Assembly: GCA_021786105.1 (NCBI GenBank) | Contig: JAJYNW010000013.1 | Location: 1 to 40,869 of the forward strand | DNA length: 40,869 nucleotides | Direction: 5' to 3' | Source: a bacterium | GTDB taxonomy: Bacteria > Patescibacteriota > Microgenomatia > Daviesbacterales > UBA10151 | Shown here: positions 1 to 8,787 of the stretch, one piece after another | Layout of the letters: every line of letters begins with the position of its first letter | How positions within the stretch are numbered: the stretch's first letter is position 1 | Notes under the pieces: model-generated | Databases searched by the model: none | What the model was told of the DNA's origin: nothing | Seen by the model: only the letters and a program-made list of their open reading frames with translations | Program-made: the position numbers and the translations under genes

Positions 1-7
1 ATTTCAC

Positions 8-691
8 TTAGGCAAAACTTAAAGAACCTACCCGTGGTACTGACGAACGGGCTAAAATCAAAGACTTTGCAGAAGGCTCTGACGCCAGCTGCAACTGGGA
101 CAAAGCTTCTTCTAAACTAACACCTTTTTCTATTTGGTCAAAGATTTCACTCGGTATATGATCAGTAAGCTGCTCATAGCTGTAAACTAGTGGCTTAAAA
201 TCAGCAGGATTGCGCCAATAAGTCAAATACGACCAGACAGCTTCTCTGGTTCCCGGTCTTAATCTCAAATCATTCTGCGGCGATGCCACCGCCTCCGTAA
301 ATTGGGTCCACCTTAAACCAGCTACTTCTTGAGATTCTGACCCTGGTATAACATCCGTTGCCGACGACACTTCCAGCAAATACATCGGCACAATAACACC
401 AGGTCTTAATTCACAAGTACAAAGCTTTTGGCTTAACACTTGCTCTGGATTATAGGAAAAATTTCTCAGTTGAATCTCTTCGGTAGTTAATCTGGCTAAA
501 TTCTCGGCTGGAGTTTCTCCTGACTCACGTGATTCCATGGGAATAGTTATACTACCGGCCACTTTGTGAGTTGATCTTTTGCTTCTCAACTCTGTTAAAC
601 TAATAAAACCTCTATCTAAACTATTTTGAGTAACTATTACCAATCCTAATCCGGCTATTCTTCCTTCCAGCTCCTCCGGATTAGCTCTCAT
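8..691 (-). CDS. Hypothetical protein with a degenerate Nudix-like box
   Basis: 227-aa ORF; TIPMESRESGETPAENLARLTTEEI resembles a degenerate Nudix motif; overlaps the 3' end of the IDI-like gene. Confidence 0.5.
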   Translation of the reverse strand: MRANPEELEGRIAGLGLVIVTQNSLDRGFISLTELRSKRSTHKVAGSITIPMESRESGETPAENLARLTTEEIQLRNFSYNPEQVLSQKLCTCELRPGVIVPMYLLEVSSATDVIPGSESQEVAGLRWTQFTEAVASPQNDLRLRPGTREAVWSYLTYWRNPADFKPLVYSYEQLTDHIPSEIFDQIEKGVSLEEALSQLQLASEPSAKSLILARSSVPRVGSLSFA

Positions 692-1232
692 AGCCCAAAA
701 ACCTCTCTTTTTCTAAAAGTTCTGCAGCTTTAATTGCCCAAGGGGAATAGTTTTCCGGACGAGTTTCCATATCCTGCAAAAATTCTTTCTTATCCATCCA
801 TTTATACCCATAGCCCATTTCCGAATTTAATTTAAACTTACCATTATATTCTCCAACAAACTGATAGCAGTGCTCATTTTCGCACAAGCCATCTTTATAT
901 TCAGCAGCATAATTAAAAGCTCCTAAATTTTTCAAAGGGATTGGGTCAATATTGTATTCGGACTTAAGACATCGGAGCGTTGCTTCTTCCAAAGTTTCAT
1001 CAGTGCCGTCTTTTTTGTGGAGAGGGTGAGTGGCTCCAGTCACATCCCAAATATCATCAAAAACTTTGTGTTTCCTTTTTTGCAAAAGCACCTCGCCTTT
1101 ATTGTTATAAAGCAAAACAGCGATTGCCAAATGCCGCCGGCCACTGCCGGTATGTCCCACTTCTTTGGGAATATATTCTCCATTAAATACGCCTGCGTCA
1201 TCGCAGGCTAGAATAGTCTGTCTTTCTGGCAT
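681..1232 (-). CDS. idi: Type 1 isopentenyl-diphosphate delta-isomerase-like Nudix protein
   Basis: H..GRRHLAIAVLLYN, LLQKR, ENEHC and YSPW motifs of IDI-1; WDVTGATHP lacks the usual catalytic Cys. Confidence 0.7.
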   Translation of the reverse strand: MPERQTILACDDAGVFNGEYIPKEVGHTGSGRRHLAIAVLLYNNKGEVLLQKRKHKVFDDIWDVTGATHPLHKKDGTDETLEEATLRCLKSEYNIDPIPLKNLGAFNYAAEYKDGLCENEHCYQFVGEYNGKFKLNSEMGYGYKWMDKKEFLQDMETRPENYSPWAIKAAELLEKERFLGYES

Positions 1233-1345
1233 AAACCTACTCCTGGTCTATATATCAATTAGTCGTTAAAACAACCAAAACCCCACGGCGGATTAATAAG
1301 ATGCCCGGATTATACAAAATTTGCTGCTCAGGCTCAATCTTTATT

Positions 1346-1714
1346 TCAGGGGATAATTTTAAAAGCCTTTTTCAAAGCTCTCAAAGAAAGTAAGGCACAC
1401 TGAGTCCGGGAAAGAGTCAACGAAATCCCCAGCAATTTAAAAACAGTTTCTTCGTTAAACTTCTTAATTTTATTTAAGTTTTTTACCCTCAGTATCTCGC
1501 CAACCAGTAAACTGGCAGCAGCTTGAGAAATCAAACAACCCTCACCGGAAAAGCACGCATCAACCACTTGATCTTTAACTATTCTTATATCAACTCTAAG
1601 GCTATCACCACATAAAGGGTTCTCCAGCTTTACCTTTACTGTCGGATTTTCCAGCTTGCCCTTGTAAGGAGACAACCGTCCGTGCTGCAGAATAATTTCT
1701 TGTGTTAAATCCAT
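1346..1714 (-). CDS. sufU: Fe-S scaffold/sulfur-acceptor protein, SufU/NifU-like
   Basis: NPLCGD, GEGCLISQAAAS, RTQCALL; start reassigned to the ATG at 1714, which has GAGGAGG upstream; the ORF-track extension is translated repeat. Confidence 0.85.
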   Translation of the reverse strand: MDLTQEIILQHGRLSPYKGKLENPTVKVKLENPLCGDSLRVDIRIVKDQVVDACFSGEGCLISQAAASLLVGEILRVKNLNKIKKFNEETVFKLLGISLTLSRTQCALLSLRALKKAFKIIP

Positions 1715-1727
1715 AGTTCCCTCCTCT

Positions 1728-1824
1728 GTCATCCCGACGAATGTCGGGATCCAATTATTTGTCTCGAGCACAGTGAGAGATCTTTAGATTCAATCTTGAG
1801 ATTCCTCACTTCACTCGGAATGAC
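1728..1824. repeat. GTCAT-family palindromic element (inverted pair plus a degenerate middle unit)
   Basis: GTCATCCCGACGAATGTCGGGATCCA at 1728-1753; GAGATTCCTCACTTCACTCGGAATGAC at 1798-1824. Confidence 0.9.
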
Positions 1825-3029
1825 AATTTACGTTTTATTTTTTCCAGACTTTGAACCAGTTTATCTATATCTTCCATGCTGTTATAGATATAAAAGCTTA
1901 CCCTGGTACTGCCATTAATCCCCAATCTTTGATGGACTGGCATGGCGCAGTGGAAACCAGCCCGCACTGCAATCCCGTCCTTATCCAGCAAACTAGCCAC
2001 GTCATGCGGATGAATCCCGGCCAAGTTAAAAGCAATAATGCCTCCTCTTTTTTCTTCTTCTTTTGGGCCATAAATAGTTAAACCATCTATTTTTGAAAGT
2101 TTTTTTAAAGCATATTCTGTTAAAGCTTTTTCGTGTTGCCTGACTTTATCCATTCCCAGCTTTTGTAAATAATCTATTGCCGCCCCCAGTCCAATCACCC
2201 CTTCAATATTGGGCGTGCCGGCTTCAAACTTGTGCGGGGCCTCCGCAAAGCTGGTCTTTTCTAAAGTCACCTCACTCACCATCCCGCCTCCGGTTAAAAA
2301 TGGTGGCAATTTATCAGCAATTTCTTTTTTCACCCACAGCACCCCCACCCCGCTCGGCCCCAGCATTTTGTGCCCGGAAAAGACATAAAAATCACAACCC
2401 AATTTTTTAACATCCACTTTCATATGCGGCACTGCTTGAGCTCCGTCAACTAACACCAAAGCCCCTACCTGGTGCGCTTTTTGGGTAATTTCTTTAACCG
2501 GATTAATCGTTCCTAGAACATTAGAAACATGAGTAATCGCCACCAAAGAAACACCTTTTAACTTATTGTCCAGATCAGATAAATCTAATTCTCCTTTATC
2601 ATTTATATCCAAAACAACCCTCTGTTGCCTGTTGCCTGTCACCTGTTGCCTCATTAATTCCTGCCAAGGCACCAAATTGCTGTGGTGTTCCATCACCGAA
2701 AGTATAATTTTAGAGCCCTTTGTAATATTGGCTTCTCCCCAAACTTTGGCCACCAAGTTAATGGCTTCAGTGGTGTTTTTGGTAAAAATCACCTCATCTG
2801 GGGAAGCATTAATCAATTTGGCCACTTTACCTCGAACGCTTTCATATTCTTGAGTTGATTTTTCTGATAGCTGGTAAATTCCCCTGTGCACATTAGCCAA
2901 ATAGCTGCGGCAGCAATCTGCCACTGCCTCAATCACCTGCTTTGGCTTCAGTGAGGTGGCAGCAGAATCCAAATAAACCAAGTTCTTCCCATTTATCTTC
3001 TGTTTCAATATGGGAAAATCCTTATTCAT
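1806..3029 (-). CDS. sufS: Cysteine desulfurase SufS (group II)
   Basis: YLDSAATS, MEHHSN, SGHKM (PLP lysine), FEAGTP, RAGFHCA. Confidence 0.95.
   Translation of the reverse strand: MNKDFPILKQKINGKNLVYLDSAATSLKPKQVIEAVADCCRSYLANVHRGIYQLSEKSTQEYESVRGKVAKLINASPDEVIFTKNTTEAINLVAKVWGEANITKGSKIILSVMEHHSNLVPWQELMRQQVTGNRQQRVVLDINDKGELDLSDLDNKLKGVSLVAITHVSNVLGTINPVKEITQKAHQVGALVLVDGAQAVPHMKVDVKKLGCDFYVFSGHKMLGPSGVGVLWVKKEIADKLPPFLTGGGMVSEVTLEKTSFAEAPHKFEAGTPNIEGVIGLGAAIDYLQKLGMDKVRQHEKALTEYALKKLSKIDGLTIYGPKEEEKRGGIIAFNLAGIHPHDVASLLDKDGIAVRAGFHCAMPVHQRLGINGSTRVSFYIYNSMEDIDKLVQSLEKIKRKLSFRVK
2622..2651. repeat. 7-bp tandem array (CTGTTGC x4) in-frame in sufS
   Basis: ctgttgc ctgttgc ctgtcac ctgttgc ct; encodes RQQVTGNRQQ. 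Confidence 0.8.
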
Positions 3030-4351
3030 GCTGCCCCCTCCATTTCCAGTCTAATCAGTTGATTCAGCTCAATGGCATATTCCATCGGTAATTCCTTGAC
3101 CAAAGGCTTAATAAAACCATTCACAATCATGGCTTCAGCTTCGCTTTTGTCTATACCCCGGCTTTGCAGATAAAAAATCTGCTCCTCAGAGATTTTTGAC
3201 ACTGTCGCTTCGTGAGCCAGTTCACAATTCGGGCCAATGGCGGCAATAGCCGGATAAGTATTAGACACTGATTTATCATCTAAAATCAAGGCCTGGCAGA
3301 CAGTTTTAGACTTAACATCTTTGACCCTTGGGGCGATTTTGACCAAACCACGGTAGGAAGTGATACCGCCATGATGACTGAGGGATTTAGACCTGATAAT
3401 GGAAGAGGTTTGGGAAGCCAGATGCACAGCTTTACCACCAGTATCCTGTTGCTGACCAGCCCCAGCCATGGCCAATGATAACATCTCCACCTTGGCCCCC
3501 TTGCCCACCAATAAAGCTGAAGGATATTTCATGGTCAGCTTGGAACCATTATTAAAATCCACCCACTCCATGATGCCATTTTCTTCCACTTTAGCCCGTT
3601 TGGTCACCAGGTTATAAACATTTTTGGACCAATTTTGCACTGTAGTGTAGCGGACTCGGGCCCCTTTTTTAACAATAATTTCCACCACTCCGGCATGCAA
3701 ACTATCCGTGGTGTAAACCGGGCTGGTACAACCTTCGATGTAATGGACAAAACTGCCCTCATCGGCAATAATTAAAGTCCGCTCAAACTGGCCGATGTTT
3801 TTGGCATTAATCCGGAAATAGGCCTGAAGCGGCAAACTGATGGACACTTTGGGCGGCACATAAATAAAACAGCCGCCGGACCAGACCGCGCTGTTTAATG
3901 AAACAAATTTGTGCTCATTGATGGGGATGATCGTGCCAAAATACTCTTTGACCAGCTCCGGATATTTTTGCAATCCCTCATCCATGCTTAAAAACACTAC
4001 CCCCTGTTCTTCCAGATCCTTTAACAACGATCCATAGACCATCTCACTGTCCCATTGAGCTTTCACCCCGGCTAAAAACTTTTGCTCCGCTTTAGGAACG
4101 CCTAATTTCTCATAAGTTTTCTTAATTTCTTCCGGCACCTCTTTCCAGGAATTTTTCACTCCAGCAGCCGACTTCACATAATAATGGATCTTATTAAAAT
4201 CCAGGCCGGATAAATCCCCGCCGAAATTGGGCATAGGAGCTTCTTGAAAATATTCCAGAGCCTGCAGGCGGACCTTTTTCATCCATTCAGGCTCATTTTT
4301 ATATGCAGAAATTTCTTCCACTACCTGCCTGCTTAAACCTTTATGATTCAT
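3026..4351 (-). CDS. sufB: Fe-S cluster assembly protein SufB
   Basis: LQAYFRIN, GQFERTLII, YIEGCT, LTMKYPS, HEATVSKI, FYLQSRG, ELPMEYA. Confidence 0.95.
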   Translation of the reverse strand: MNHKGLSRQVVEEISAYKNEPEWMKKVRLQALEYFQEAPMPNFGGDLSGLDFNKIHYYVKSAAGVKNSWKEVPEEIKKTYEKLGVPKAEQKFLAGVKAQWDSEMVYGSLLKDLEEQGVVFLSMDEGLQKYPELVKEYFGTIIPINEHKFVSLNSAVWSGGCFIYVPPKVSISLPLQAYFRINAKNIGQFERTLIIADEGSFVHYIEGCTSPVYTTDSLHAGVVEIIVKKGARVRYTTVQNWSKNVYNLVTKRAKVEENGIMEWVDFNNGSKLTMKYPSALLVGKGAKVEMLSLAMAGAGQQQDTGGKAVHLASQTSSIIRSKSLSHHGGITSYRGLVKIAPRVKDVKSKTVCQALILDDKSVSNTYPAIAAIGPNCELAHEATVSKISEEQIFYLQSRGIDKSEAEAMIVNGFIKPLVKELPMEYAIELNQLIRLEMEGAA

Positions 4352-4365
4352 TTCTATACCTTTCT

Positions 4366-4457
4366 GTCATCCTGAGGCGATTAGCCGAAGGATCTCTAGA
4401 CTGGTTCTAGATACATCTGAAATTAATTCAGAGATTCTTCACTGCGTTCAGAATGAC
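4366..4457. repeat. GTCAT-family palindromic element (inverted pair)
   Basis: GTCATCCTGAGGCGATTAGCCGAAGGATCT at 4366-4395; GAGATTCTTCACTGCGTTCAGAATGAC at 4431-4457; two small hairpins in the spacer. Confidence 0.9.
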
Positions 4458-5212
4458 AAATAACCTTTCTCCTCAATTTCCTTAACTAGCTTTAAACTGC
4501 CGGACTGAACTATTTTCCCTTCTTTCATAATATGTACATACTTTGGCTTAACATATTGCAGGATTTTTTGGTTATGGGTAATCAAAATTATACCTGTACC
4601 ATTTTTTACCAACCCTTTAATCACTTTAGCTGCTATTTTAAGAGTATCAACATCAAGTCCACTGTCGATTTCATCAAGAATCACAAACTTTGGATTTAGA
4701 CTTAAAAGTAATAATAATTCTGCTTTTTTCTTTTCTCCCCCAGAAAAGCCATCATTGATAAATCGTTCCAGCATGTCCTCTTTTAAACCTAAAGATTTAG
4801 CCTGTTTTTTTACCTCGGTATAGAATTCTCTCACATCACGCTTATTGTCATCAGTAATATTTTTAAAAGATGCCCAGATTAGCTGCCCGAAAGTTATCCC
4901 GGGCACTGCTATCGGATTTTGGAAAGATACAAACAAGCCTAATTTGGCTCTTTCATTAGGATTTAAACTGAGTAAATTTTTTCCACCCAGCATGGCTAAG
5001 CCAGAAATTACTTGATAAGCCGGATGTCCCATTAAAGCCAAAGCCAAAGAAGACTTACCAGACCCATTTGGTCCCATTAAAGCATGTACCTCTCCGGGAT
5101 TAATAACTAAATTCACCTCAGAAACCACAGTTTTTCCTTGCCTCGCCGAAGCTTCCTGCAGAGGCGCGCCTTCCACCGCCACTGACAACCCTTGAATCTT
5201 AAGACTCTTCAT
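4448..5212 (-). CDS. sufC: Fe-S cluster assembly ATPase SufC
   Basis: HALMGPNGSGKS, GFSGGEKK, ILDEIDSGLDVD, IILITH. Confidence 0.95.
   Translation of the reverse strand: MKSLKIQGLSVAVEGAPLQEASARQGKTVVSEVNLVINPGEVHALMGPNGSGKSSLALALMGHPAYQVISGLAMLGGKNLLSLNPNERAKLGLFVSFQNPIAVPGITFGQLIWASFKNITDDNKRDVREFYTEVKKQAKSLGLKEDMLERFINDGFSGGEKKKAELLLLLSLNPKFVILDEIDSGLDVDTLKIAAKVIKGLVKNGTGIILITHNQKILQYVKPKYVHIMKEGKIVQSGSLKLVKEIEEKGYLSF
5135..5167. repeat. Short palindromic insert in-frame in sufC
   Basis: GC-rich GCCTCGCCGAAGCTTCCTGCAGAGGC; adds APLQEASARQG between VEG and KTVV. Confidence 0.6.
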
Positions 5213-5238
5213 CCCGCAAATTTTACCAAACTCTTCCT

Positions 5239-5276
5239 GTCATTGCGAGGATCGAGACCTCGACCCGAAGCAATCT
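5239..5276. repeat. GTCAT-family unit upstream of the GIY-YIG gene
   Basis: GTCATTGCGAGG-ATCGAGACCTCGACC-CGAAGCAATCT; its inverted partner ends at 5719. Confidence 0.9.
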
Positions 5277-5299
5277 AACTCGTGTAATATACTTAAGAT

Positions 5300-5587
5300 A
5301 TGAAATATTACTATGTTTATATTCTGACTAATAAGATAAACACTGTTTTGTATATAGGAGTAACTAACGATCTAATTAAGCGCATATATCAACATAAAAA
5401 TAAGCTGGTTAGTGGATTTACAGAAAAATACAACATTAACAAATTAATCTTTTTTGAGGTCTACGAAGATATCAATGAGGCCATTACAAGAGAAAAAAAG
5501 CTAAAAAACTGGCATAGGGAATGGAAAATGAATTTAATAAAGAGCAAGAATCCAAACTTCAATGATCTCTACAATACACTATTTTAA
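5300..5587 (+). CDS. Stand-alone GIY-YIG family nuclease
   Basis: YYVYIL...LYIGVTNDL.KR..QH...GFT.KY...EAITREKKLKNW.REWK; 95 aa; visibly AT-rich. Confidence 0.92.
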   Translation: MKYYYVYILTNKINTVLYIGVTNDLIKRIYQHKNKLVSGFTEKYNINKLIFFEVYEDINEAITREKKLKNWHREWKMNLIKSKNPNFNDLYNTLF

Positions 5588-5599
5588 ATCACCTTCATC

Positions 5600-5719
5600 G
5601 TCATCCTGAACTTGTTTCAGGATCTCTTTTGATAGGGATTCCGAAATAAATTCGGAATGACGCTTGGAAAACATATTGCTTCGTCTCCTTCGGCTACGCT
5701 CAGGACTCCTCGCAATGAC
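5600..5719. repeat. Cluster of GTCAT-family units downstream of the GIY-YIG gene
   Basis: GTCATCCTGAACTTGTTTCAGGATCT (5600-5625), GGATTCCGAAATAAATTCGGAATGAC (5636-5661), ATTGCTTCG...CCTCGCAATGAC (ends at 5719). Confidence 0.92.
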
Positions 5720-5743
5720 AATTTAATTAACCAAACCAATGAA

Positions 5744-5752
5744 TGGTATAAT
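5744..5752 (+). promoter_or_regulatory. Extended -10 element (TGGTATAAT), leaderless-type, for pflB
   Basis: Consensus TGnTATAAT 6 nt before the ATG at 5759; no Shine-Dalgarno. Confidence 0.7.
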
Positions 5753-5758
5753 TCGTAT

Positions 5759-7984
5759 ATGGGAAAAGCGTTCAAGACCGGTGAATGGGAAAAAGTAGTT
5801 GATATTAGGGATTTTTTGTATCACAACCTCTCCCCCTTTGATAAAGGCCCAGGATTTTTAACCGGCCCTTCTGAAAAAACTCAAAAACTCTGGGACCACT
5901 GTAAAACCTTACTCAAAAAAGAAGCTGAAAAAGGCGGAGTGTTAGATATTGACACCAAAACCATTTCCACTGTCATTTCCCATAAACCAGGTTACATCAA
6001 AAAAGATTTGGAAATCATTGTTGGCTTGCAAACTGATGAGCCGCTTAAACGAGCCATCAAACCTTTTGGCGGCATCCGGGTGGTGGAACAAGCCTGCCAG
6101 GATTACGGTTACACTTTAAGTCCGGAAGTTAAAGAAATTTTTATCAAATACCGCAAAAGTCACAACGACGGCATTTTTGATGCCTACACCAACGAAATGC
6201 GGGCTTACCGCTCTTCTGGGGTGATCACCGGTTTGCCGGACAACTACGCCCGCGGCCGGATTATTGGTGATTACCGCCGGGTGGCCCTTTACGGCATCGA
6301 CCGTTTAGTGGAAGAAAAACAAAAAGATTTTGATCAAAAATTAGGCGCTATGACTGATGAAACAATCCGGGAGCGGGAAGAAATCAGCGATCAAATTGAA
6401 GCTTTGCATCTAATCAAGGAAATGGCTGCCTCTTATGGTTTCGATATCAGCAAGCCAGCCCAGGATGCCAAAGAAGCTATCCAGTGGACCTATTTTGCCT
6501 ATTTAGCGGCTTTGAAAGAGCAGGACGGGGCAGCCATCTCTTTGGGTAATGTCAGTGGCTTTTTTGATGTTTACATAGAGAGAGACCTGGCTGAAGGCAA
6601 GTTGACTGAAGAAAAGGCTCAGGAATTAGTCGACCAATTCATTATCAAACTCAGAATGACCAGACAGCTGCGGATGAAAGAATATGATCAAATTTATGCC
6701 GGCGACCCGACCTGGCTAACCGAGGCTTTGGGCGGGATGTTTTTGGACGGCCGCCACAAAGTCACCAAAACCACCTACCGTTTTCTCCAATCACTTTACA
6801 ACTTAGGGCCGGCCCCTGAACCAAACTTAACGGTGCTGTGGTCAGAGAGTCTCCCGGAGCATTTCAAAAAATTCTGCGCCCAAGTCTCCATCGATACCTC
6901 CTCCATCCAGTATGAAAATGATGATTTGATGCGGCCGATTTCCGATTGTGACGATTATGGCATTGCCTGCTGCGTCTCTCAACAAAAATCCGGCAGCCAG
7001 ATGCAGTTTTTTGGGGCTAGGTGCAATTTGGCCAAAGCTTTACTCCTGGCTTTAAATGAAGGCAAAGATGAAAAAAGCGGCATACAGCTGGTAGAAGGAA
7101 TCAAAAGACTGGACAAAGAACCATTAGATTTTAACCAAGTTATGGCCGAGTTTAAAAAAACTTTGGCCCAGGTGGTCAAAACTTATGTCAACAGCATGAA
7201 TGTAATTCATTACATGCATGACAAATATTATTACGAGCGGGTGCAAATGGCTTTATTGGACACTGATTTGGATAGATTAATGGCTTTTGGCATTGCCGGC
7301 TTATCAGTGGTGGCTGATTCTTCATCTGCCATCAAATATGCCAAAGTCACTCCCCTGCGCGACCAAAACGGCATCACGGAAGATTTTAAAATTGAAGGCG
7401 ATTTTCCCAAATTTGGTAATGATGATGACCAGGTGGACTCAATTGCCAAGGAGCTGGTGGATGCTTTCAATGCTGAGCTCCGAAAACACCATATCTACAG
7501 AAATGCCACCCCTACCCTGTCCATTTTAACCATCACTTCCAATGTAATGTATGGTAAAAAAACCGGCGCTACCCCGGATGGTAGAAAGGCAGGAGAACCA
7601 TTTGCTCCCGGGGCCAATCCCATGCATGGCCGTGATACCCGGGGCGCCATTGCTTCATTAAATTCAGTGACCAAACTGGATTATAAAAATGCCCGGGACG
7701 GCATTTCCAATACCTTTTCCATTGTTCCCCGTGCTTTGGGCGGCACCAAAGAAGAACAGGTGGAAAATTTAGTTAATTTACTGGACGGCTATTTTGCCAA
7801 AAAAGCTCATCATTTAAATGTGAATGTTTTAAATAAAGATACTCTCCTTCGCGCCATGGCCCATCCGGAAGAATACCCTCAACTGACCATCAGAGTTTCC
7901 GGCTATGCTGTTAACTTTGTTAAACTCTCCCGGGAACACCAGCAGGAAGTCCTGGCCCGCACCTTCTTTGAGTCAATAAAATAA
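5759..7984 (+). CDS. pflB: Pyruvate formate-lyase (formate C-acetyltransferase)
   Basis: [17 protein letters not shown], catalytic IACCVS, glycyl-radical IRVSGYAV; start moved from 5657 (repeat-derived) to 5759. Confidence 0.96.
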   Translation: MGKAFKTGEWEKVVDIRDFLYHNLSPFDKGPGFLTGPSEKTQKLWDHCKTLLKKEAEKGGVLDIDTKTISTVISHKPGYIKKDLEIIVGLQTDEPLKRAIKPFGGIRVVEQACQDYGYTLSPEVKEIFIKYRKSHNDGIFDAYTNEMRAYRSSGVITGLPDNYARGRIIGDYRRVALYGIDRLVEEKQKDFDQKLGAMTDETIREREEISDQIEALHLIKEMAASYGFDISKPAQDAKEAIQWTYFAYLAALKEQDGAAISLGNVSGFFDVYIERDLAEGKLTEEKAQELVDQFIIKLRMTRQLRMKEYDQIYAGDPTWLTEALGGMFLDGRHKVTKTTYRFLQSLYNLGPAPEPNLTVLWSESLPEHFKKFCAQVSIDTSSIQYENDDLMRPISDCDDYGIACCVSQQKSGSQMQFFGARCNLAKALLLALNEGKDEKSGIQLVEGIKRLDKEPLDFNQVMAEFKKTLAQVVKTYVNSMNVIHYMHDKYYYERVQMALLDTDLDRLMAFGIAGLSVVADSSSAIKYAKVTPLRDQNGITEDFKIEGDFPKFGNDDDQVDSIAKELVDAFNAELRKHHIYRNATPTLSILTITSNVMYGKKTGATPDGRKAGEPFAPGANPMHGRDTRGAIASLNSVTKLDYKNARDGISNTFSIVPRALGGTKEEQVENLVNLLDGYFAKKAHHLNVNVLNKDTLLRAMAHPEEYPQLTIRVSGYAVNFVKLSREHQQEVLARTFFESIK

Positions 7985-7985
7985 T

Positions 7986-8711
7986 ATGCTGCAAGTTCAC
8001 TCCATTGAAACCTTAGGCACTAATGACGGTCCCGGCATCAGAATGGTCGTGTTTATGCAGGGCTGTAATTTCCGCTGTTTGTATTGCCATAATCCGGATA
8101 CCAGACCCACCAAAGGCGGTAAAGAAATGTCTTCTGAAGATATTCTTGAGCTGCTGGAAAAACAGCGGCCCTACTTTAAAAATACCGGCGGTTTAACCAT
8201 TTCCGGCGGCGAAGCCCTCTTGCAAAGAAAAGCCTTAATTGATTTATTTACCAAAGCCAAAAAGGCCGGGTTTAATACCACCCTGGATTCTAATGGTTCA
8301 ATTTTGGATGAGGATGCCAAAAAACTTCTGGAAGTGACTGATTTGGTCCTATTGGATGTTAAACACATTGACCCGGTCTGGCACATGACTGTTACCAAAG
8401 CCTCCAACGAAACCACCCTGCAGTTTGCCAAGTACTTGGAAGAAAAAGGCATTCCCATGTGGCTACGATATGTGTTGGTACCAGGCTATACTAACCAAAA
8501 AGAGTTTTTGGAAAAATGGGGTGCTCATTTCCAAAATTACAAAAACATCAAAAGAGTGGAAATTCTCCCTTTCCATACTTTTGGTTTTTACAAATATAAA
8601 GAATTAGGTATCGAAAACCCGCTGGAAGATTGCCCGGTTCCCACCAAAGAAGAAGTTCAGGAAGCTGTAGATATTTTCAAAAAATACTTCAAATCAGTAT
8701 ATGTCAGGTAA
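7986..8711 (+). CDS. pflA: PFL-activating enzyme (radical SAM)
   Basis: DGPGIR, CNFRCLYCHNPD (CxxxCxxC), SGGE; immediately follows pflB. Confidence 0.95.
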   Translation: MLQVHSIETLGTNDGPGIRMVVFMQGCNFRCLYCHNPDTRPTKGGKEMSSEDILELLEKQRPYFKNTGGLTISGGEALLQRKALIDLFTKAKKAGFNTTLDSNGSILDEDAKKLLEVTDLVLLDVKHIDPVWHMTVTKASNETTLQFAKYLEEKGIPMWLRYVLVPGYTNQKEFLEKWGAHFQNYKNIKRVEILPFHTFGFYKYKELGIENPLEDCPVPTKEEVQEAVDIFKKYFKSVYVR

Positions 8712-8787
8712 AACCTTTATCCCCTCTTCATCCTTATATTAGAGTAGTCTGTAAATATTAATACAAAATCCGTGATAAACTATTATC

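Noticed and set aside
1715-1771. N-terminal extension of SufU (WIPTFVGMT)
   Set aside because: Read from the GTCAT element; a strong SD precedes the ATG at 1714
5657-5758. 34-aa N-terminal extension of PflB in the ORF track
   Set aside because: It is translated repeat and promoter sequence; a consensus extended -10 precedes the ATG at 5759
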